From Bacteroidota bacterium (GTDB lineage Bacteria; Bacteroidota; Ignavibacteria; SZUA-365), in assembly GCA_016928515.1 (NCBI GenBank), contig JAFGKR010000345.1, forward strand, positions 1 to 48,615: 48,615 nucleotides of DNA, given 5' to 3'. The notes under the pieces were generated by a model. It worked only from the letters and a program-made list of their open reading frames with translations, did no database searches and was not told where the DNA came from. The stretch's first letter is position 1. Every line of letters begins with the position of its first letter. The translations under genes and the position numbers were made by a program. Shown here piece by piece: positions 44,547 to 48,615 of this stretch.

Positions 44547-45317
44547 ATGCTTGACTGGCTCCCTGAAAATGTGTCCGTTTTTGGCGAAGGCGTCGATCAC
44601 CTCTTCAGGCTGATCTACTACATTTCCATCGCTATTTTTTTGCTCGTTAATACGATATACATACTCTTCATTATCCGTTACAGGCGGAAACGCAAAGGAG
44701 AGAAGGCGTATCATTATCACGGCAACAATCTCCTGGAATTCTCCTGGACGGCGCTGCCGTTTGCACTCTTTCTGTTCCTCGCGTTTTACAGCGATGGCAT
44801 CTGGGAGGATATCAAGTACTCCGAGAAGAAGCCGAATCCTGATCTCGTCGTAGAGGTGATGGGACAGGCCTACCTCTGGCATTTTCGCTATCCCGGGTCC
44901 GACGGGATATTCGGCCGTCGCGAACGACGATTCATTTCGCCCACCAATCCCTTCGGGGTCGATCCTGAGGATCCGAACGGGAGGGACGATCTGACCGGCA
45001 TCAACACCATGCATATCCCTGTCAACAAGACTATCCTGGTTCGGCTCTCGTCGATGGATGTCATCCACAGCTTTTTCCTACCCAACATGCGGGTCAAGCA
45101 GGATGCGGTGCCCGGGCAGTGGGTCGATGTGTGGTTCAATTCCGTCAAAACCGGGGAGTACGAAATCGCCTGTGCCGAACTGTGCGGCAGTGGCCACTAT
45201 CTCATGCGCGCCGTCCTCACCGTACAGCCGCAACGGGAATTCGACACCTGGATCGATGAACAGTATACCAACAAGCGCGTATCGCTCGCGAGTGCGCAAG
45301 CAACGACAAACGAGTAA
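44547..45317 (+). CDS. coxB: Cytochrome c oxidase subunit II (CuA), without a fused cytochrome c domain
   Basis: Two N-terminal TM helices. CuA site HSFFLPNMRVKQDAVPG...CAELCGSGHYLM. Confidence 0.9.
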   Translation: MLDWLPENVSVFGEGVDHLFRLIYYISIAIFLLVNTIYILFIIRYRRKRKGEKAYHYHGNNLLEFSWTALPFALFLFLAFYSDGIWEDIKYSEKKPNPDLVVEVMGQAYLWHFRYPGSDGIFGRRERRFISPTNPFGVDPEDPNGRDDLTGINTMHIPVNKTILVRLSSMDVIHSFFLPNMRVKQDAVPGQWVDVWFNSVKTGEYEIACAELCGSGHYLMRAVLTVQPQREFDTWIDEQYTNKRVSLASAQATTNE

Positions 45318-45332
45318 CGACAGCGAAGCACA

Positions 45333-47165
45333 ATGGAAGCAGCTCTTCATACGGGGCATGACGGTCACGCTGCGGGCCACGGCCACAGCAACTCCTTCAT
45401 CCGCACATACGTATTCTCCACCGATCACAAGATGATCGCAAAACAGTTCATGGTGACCGCGTTCATCTTCCTCTTCATCGGCGGTGCCTTCGCCCTGTTC
45501 ATCCGGTGGCAGCTCGCCTATCCCGGCGAACCCATCCCGGTTATCGGCACCATGCTGCCGTCCACTTGGGTGAATGATGCCGGAGCCGTGACCGCCGAAT
45601 GGTATACGCAGCTCCTGACGATGCACGGAACCATCATGATTTTCGCCGTCATCATCCCGCTGCTGGTGGGGACGTTCGGGAACTTCGCCATTCCCTTGAT
45701 GATCGGCGCGGACGACATGGCATTTCCTTTCCTCAACATGGTTTCGTACTGGCTTTTTCCGATCGCGGGTCTGATCATGATGGCCGGCTTTTTCATGGAA
45801 GGGGGAATGGCCGCATCGGGATGGACCGCCTACCCGCCTCTCAGTGCCATTGCCTCTCCGGGACAGACACTGTGGATCGTCAGTCTCTTCCTTATCGGCT
45901 TCTCATCCATTCTCGGCGGTGTGAACTACATCACCACGGTACTCAACATGCGTGCACCGGGGATGAAGATGTTCGACCTGCCGATGACTGTCTGGGCGGT
46001 GTTCATCACTGCGATCATCATTGTCATCGGGACACCGGTGCTGGCGTCCGCCCTGGCAATGCTCTTCATGGACAACTTCCTGCACACGAGTTTTTTCCAG
46101 CCGGAGAATCTCATCGTTCCGACGCGTGACATGTCGCGGACGGCAGGCGGAGGGCAGCCGCTGCTCTGGCAGCATCTCTTCTGGTTCTATTCGCATCCCG
46201 CCGTATACATCATGATTCTCCCGGGAATGGGCGTCGTGTCAGATGTGATTTCCACGTTCGCCCGGAAACCCCTCTACGGCTACCGGGCAATGGTGTTCGC
46301 CATCGTGGCAATCGCATTTCTCGGCATTGTCGTGTGGGGGCATCACATGTTTCAGTCGGGTATGAATCCCCTTCTGGGTACGACCTTCATGGTCAGCACC
46401 ATGGTGATCGCCGTACCCTCCGCCATCAAGACCTTCAACTGGCTGGGTACCATGTGGCGCGGGAAAATGGAATTCACAGCGCCCATGCTCAATGCGGTCG
46501 CCTTTGTCTCCATGTTTGTCATCGGCGGACTCAGTGGCATTTTCATGGCCTCGACACCGGTGGATGTGTTCATCCATGATACGTACTTCATCGTTGGGCA
46601 CATTCACTACGTTCTTTTCGGGGGGAGTCTCTTCGCAGTCTTCGCCGGGCTCTATTACTGGTTCCCGAAGATGAGTGGCCGCATGTACAGCGAACGTCTC
46701 GCGAAGTGGCACTTCTGGATCACATTCGTCACTTTCAACGGCACGTTCTTTCCGATGCATATACTCGGCATGGGCGGAATGATGCGTCGCATCTACGATC
46801 CCACGGTGTACGACTTCCTCAAGCCCTTCCAACCGATGAACGAGTTCATTACCATCAACGCCATGATTCTCGGCTTCGCGCAGTTGCTTCTGATTGCAAA
46901 CTTTGCCTGGTACTGGTTCGGCGGACGGAAGGCGAAGCGAAATCCCTGGCGTGCAAACACGCTGGAATGGCAGGCACCGTCACCGCCCCCGCACGGGAAT
47001 TTTGATCGCCCTCTGCATGTGTATCGCGGGCCATATGAATACAGCGCACCCGAAAGTGTGCAGGATTATCTGCCCCAGACCACATCACCGGAAGACCTCG
47101 TGGAGCAGCGCCGGCACCACGAAATGCGGCTCTCCCAGGTACAGCAAGCAGAACATCTTGATTAG
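45333..47165 (+). CDS. ctaD: Cytochrome c oxidase subunit I, A2-type (YSHPAVY in helix VI)
   Basis: FSTDHKMIAKQF..., HLFWFYSHPAVYIMILPGMG (46188-46208 encodes YSHPAVY), and HHMF...GHIHYVLFGG. 610 aa with a hydrophilic C-terminal tail. Confidence 0.95.
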   Translation: MEAALHTGHDGHAAGHGHSNSFIRTYVFSTDHKMIAKQFMVTAFIFLFIGGAFALFIRWQLAYPGEPIPVIGTMLPSTWVNDAGAVTAEWYTQLLTMHGTIMIFAVIIPLLVGTFGNFAIPLMIGADDMAFPFLNMVSYWLFPIAGLIMMAGFFMEGGMAASGWTAYPPLSAIASPGQTLWIVSLFLIGFSSILGGVNYITTVLNMRAPGMKMFDLPMTVWAVFITAIIIVIGTPVLASALAMLFMDNFLHTSFFQPENLIVPTRDMSRTAGGGQPLLWQHLFWFYSHPAVYIMILPGMGVVSDVISTFARKPLYGYRAMVFAIVAIAFLGIVVWGHHMFQSGMNPLLGTTFMVSTMVIAVPSAIKTFNWLGTMWRGKMEFTAPMLNAVAFVSMFVIGGLSGIFMASTPVDVFIHDTYFIVGHIHYVLFGGSLFAVFAGLYYWFPKMSGRMYSERLAKWHFWITFVTFNGTFFPMHILGMGGMMRRIYDPTVYDFLKPFQPMNEFITINAMILGFAQLLLIANFAWYWFGGRKAKRNPWRANTLEWQAPSPPPHGNFDRPLHVYRGPYEYSAPESVQDYLPQTTSPEDLVEQRRHHEMRLSQVQQAEHLD

Positions 47166-47180
47166 AAAGTGGTACACAGC

Positions 47181-48170
47181 ATGAAAACTCACCTTCCGCC
47201 CTTCACTCGTTCGCATCGCTGGTTGCATCGTATCGCCGCCATCCTCGCAGTGGGGACAATCCTCCTCATCGCCAAGGGCGGTCTTGTCCACAGCGCGGGT
47301 GCAGGCCTGTCCGTTCCTGACTGGCCGACAACGTATGGGGAAAACATGTTCACCTATCCCGTTGAAAAATGGACGGGAGGCATTGTCTACGAACACGGAC
47401 ATCGCCTCATCGCCTCCGGTATCGGCGTATTGATGATTGTCGTTACCGTATGGGTGTGGATGAAGGATGATCGCCGCTGGCTCAAATGGCTGAGCACCAC
47501 GGCACTGCTGGCGGTGATCATACAGGGAGTACTTGGCGGACTGACCGTCCTGATGCGATTGCCGACGGCGGTATCCGTAAGCCACGGGATGCTGGCGCAA
47601 TTCTTTATGCTGATGACCGTGCTCATCGCTGCTGCGACCTCTCCACGGTGGCGCAAGGGCGTGCCTCCCATCGCAGTGGATGCACGGCGCGGTTTACAGC
47701 GCCTTCTGCAGGCAACGGTGATCTTCACCTTCGTGCAGATTCTTCTCGGAGCAATCACCCGGCACACTTACAGCGGTATGGCCATCGCCGATTTTCCGCT
47801 GAATAACGGACAGATCATCCCTGCATTCACATCCTTTGGTGTTGCGATTCAGTTCGCGCATCGCGTCGGTGCCGTCATTCTCACCGCCATGATTTTCACG
47901 CAGGGCATTCGCATTCTGCGGCAACGGGCGTTGTCAAAGCTCCGACTTCCCGCAGCCGCAGCCATCGGCATGGTGACGATACAGTTCATGCTGGGTGCCA
48001 CGGTGATCTGGACACGGGAGGCGATCGTACCGAACACGTTCCATGTCCTCGGAGGGGCGCTGACATTCACGCTGGTCTTTCTGACCTATGTCCGCAGTGT
48101 TCGCTACTACCGCTTTGCCTGCGAACCGCAGAATGAGAAGGAGCTGCATCTGCAGGGAGTGAACGCATGA
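47181..48170 (+). CDS. ctaA: Heme A synthase (CtaA/COX15)
   Basis: Polytopic membrane protein with conserved His-containing helices (EHGHRLIASGIG, SHGMLAQFF, QFAHRVGAVIL, FHVLGGALTF). ATG at 47181 is preferred. GTG at 47169 is the alternative start given in the track. Confidence 0.85.
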   Translation: MKTHLPPFTRSHRWLHRIAAILAVGTILLIAKGGLVHSAGAGLSVPDWPTTYGENMFTYPVEKWTGGIVYEHGHRLIASGIGVLMIVVTVWVWMKDDRRWLKWLSTTALLAVIIQGVLGGLTVLMRLPTAVSVSHGMLAQFFMLMTVLIAAATSPRWRKGVPPIAVDARRGLQRLLQATVIFTFVQILLGAITRHTYSGMAIADFPLNNGQIIPAFTSFGVAIQFAHRVGAVILTAMIFTQGIRILRQRALSKLRLPAAAAIGMVTIQFMLGATVIWTREAIVPNTFHVLGGALTFTLVFLTYVRSVRYYRFACEPQNEKELHLQGVNA

Positions 48171-48615
48171 GACACGACAAGAGCAGCGCAATATCCGTGA
48201 GCAGCGATGTCCTGAACCGGTGGGACGCAGTTGCCGCGTATTACGAGCTGACCAAACCCGGTATCACTTTGATGGTGGTCATGAGTACCGCTGCCGGGTT
48301 CTACCTGGCTCTGCCGCGCGAACTTCTGACCCTGGAGTATGCACTGCTGTTCGTGCTGACGGTGATCGGAACCGCGTTCATTTCCGCCGGCAGCTGCGTG
48401 CTGAATCATGTCATCGAACACGAGCATGACCACCGGATGAAACGAACCATGTTTCGTCCCATTCCATCAGGAAAGGTGCGGTGGTCAAGTGCCCTCGTGT
48501 TCGGTTTGACCCTGGCCGTGACAGGAATCGCCGTGTTGCTCTTTGTGCAGCCGTTGACCGCATTGCTGGCGCTGATCACCGCGCTGCTGTACCTCGCGGT
48601 GTACACTCCGCTGAA
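48167..48615 (+). CDS. ctaB: Protoheme IX farnesyltransferase (heme O synthase). The 3' end runs off the window, so it is not in the ORF track.
   Basis: Hand translation from ATG 48167 (ATGA overlap with the ctaA stop) gives MRHDKSSAISVSSDVLNRWDAVAAYYELTKPGITLMVVMSTAAGFYLA...CVLNHVIEHEHDHRMKRTMFRPIPSGKV...LLYLAVYTPL. This carries the UbiA-family N..D...D..M.RT..RP motif. Confidence 0.85.
   Translation, partial: MRHDKSSAISVSSDVLNRWDAVAAYYELTKPGITLMVVMSTAAGFYLALPRELLTLEYALLFVLTVIGTAFISAGSCVLNHVIEHEHDHRMKRTMFRPIPSGKVRWSSALVFGLTLAVTGIAVLLFVQPLTALLALITALLYLAVYTPL

Overview
GC-rich, densely coded chromosomal segment with about 46 protein genes. I found no rRNA, tRNA, CRISPR array, transposase, integrase or phage gene. 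Two proteins carry type IX secretion (T9SS) C-terminal sorting domains (NYPNPFNP / NRPNPFNP). With an A2-type heme-copper oxidase and an amgK/murU-like pair, this points to an FCB-group bacterium (Ignavibacteriota, Kapabacteria or Rhodothermota-like). That taxonomy is inference only.

From 15541 to the window end, every credible gene is on the + strand, often with 4-10 nt start/stop overlaps. Content, left to right:
- two divergent membrane-sensor SpoIIE/PP2C phosphatases
- a DUF885 lipoprotein, an amgK-like kinase, a standalone RapZ C-terminal domain, a murU-like nucleotidyltransferase, an alpha/beta hydrolase and rsgA
- on the minus strand, an HhH + beta-barrel outer-membrane protein, a UPF0104 membrane protein and maf
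- a TPR protein, a GT9 glycosyltransferase and a DUF3108 protein
- a deoxyhypusine-synthase-like protein, a CPBP protease, a multi-zinc-ribbon/DUF2007 protein, cdsA and pyrG
- a T9SS cargo protein, dnaG, pterin dehydratase, pyrE and an acyl-CoA ligase
- nuoABCDEF (the operon stops after nuoF), then deoA
- a 1760-aa vWA / cohesin-like / 9x CARDB-like T9SS surface protein
- a YgjP-like metallopeptidase
- an ECF sigma factor, an RsrA-like zinc anti-sigma factor, an unlisted 57-aa CxxxC membrane peptide, a CPHC glutaredoxin-like protein and an orphan groES
- a cytochrome c, coxB, coxA, ctaA, ctaB operon

I cannot point to a single clear-cut new system. The best candidates for follow-up are the giant modular T9SS protein, the redox-type sigma/anti-sigma module with its attached thiol and chaperone genes, the RapZ-CTD gene wedged inside the amgK-murU pair, and the exact 20-bp tandem duplication across the stop codon of a groEL-less groES.

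Many long ORFs in the supplied track are antisense shadows typical of GC-rich DNA and were rejected. All domain calls come from motif recognition by eye. No database search was run.
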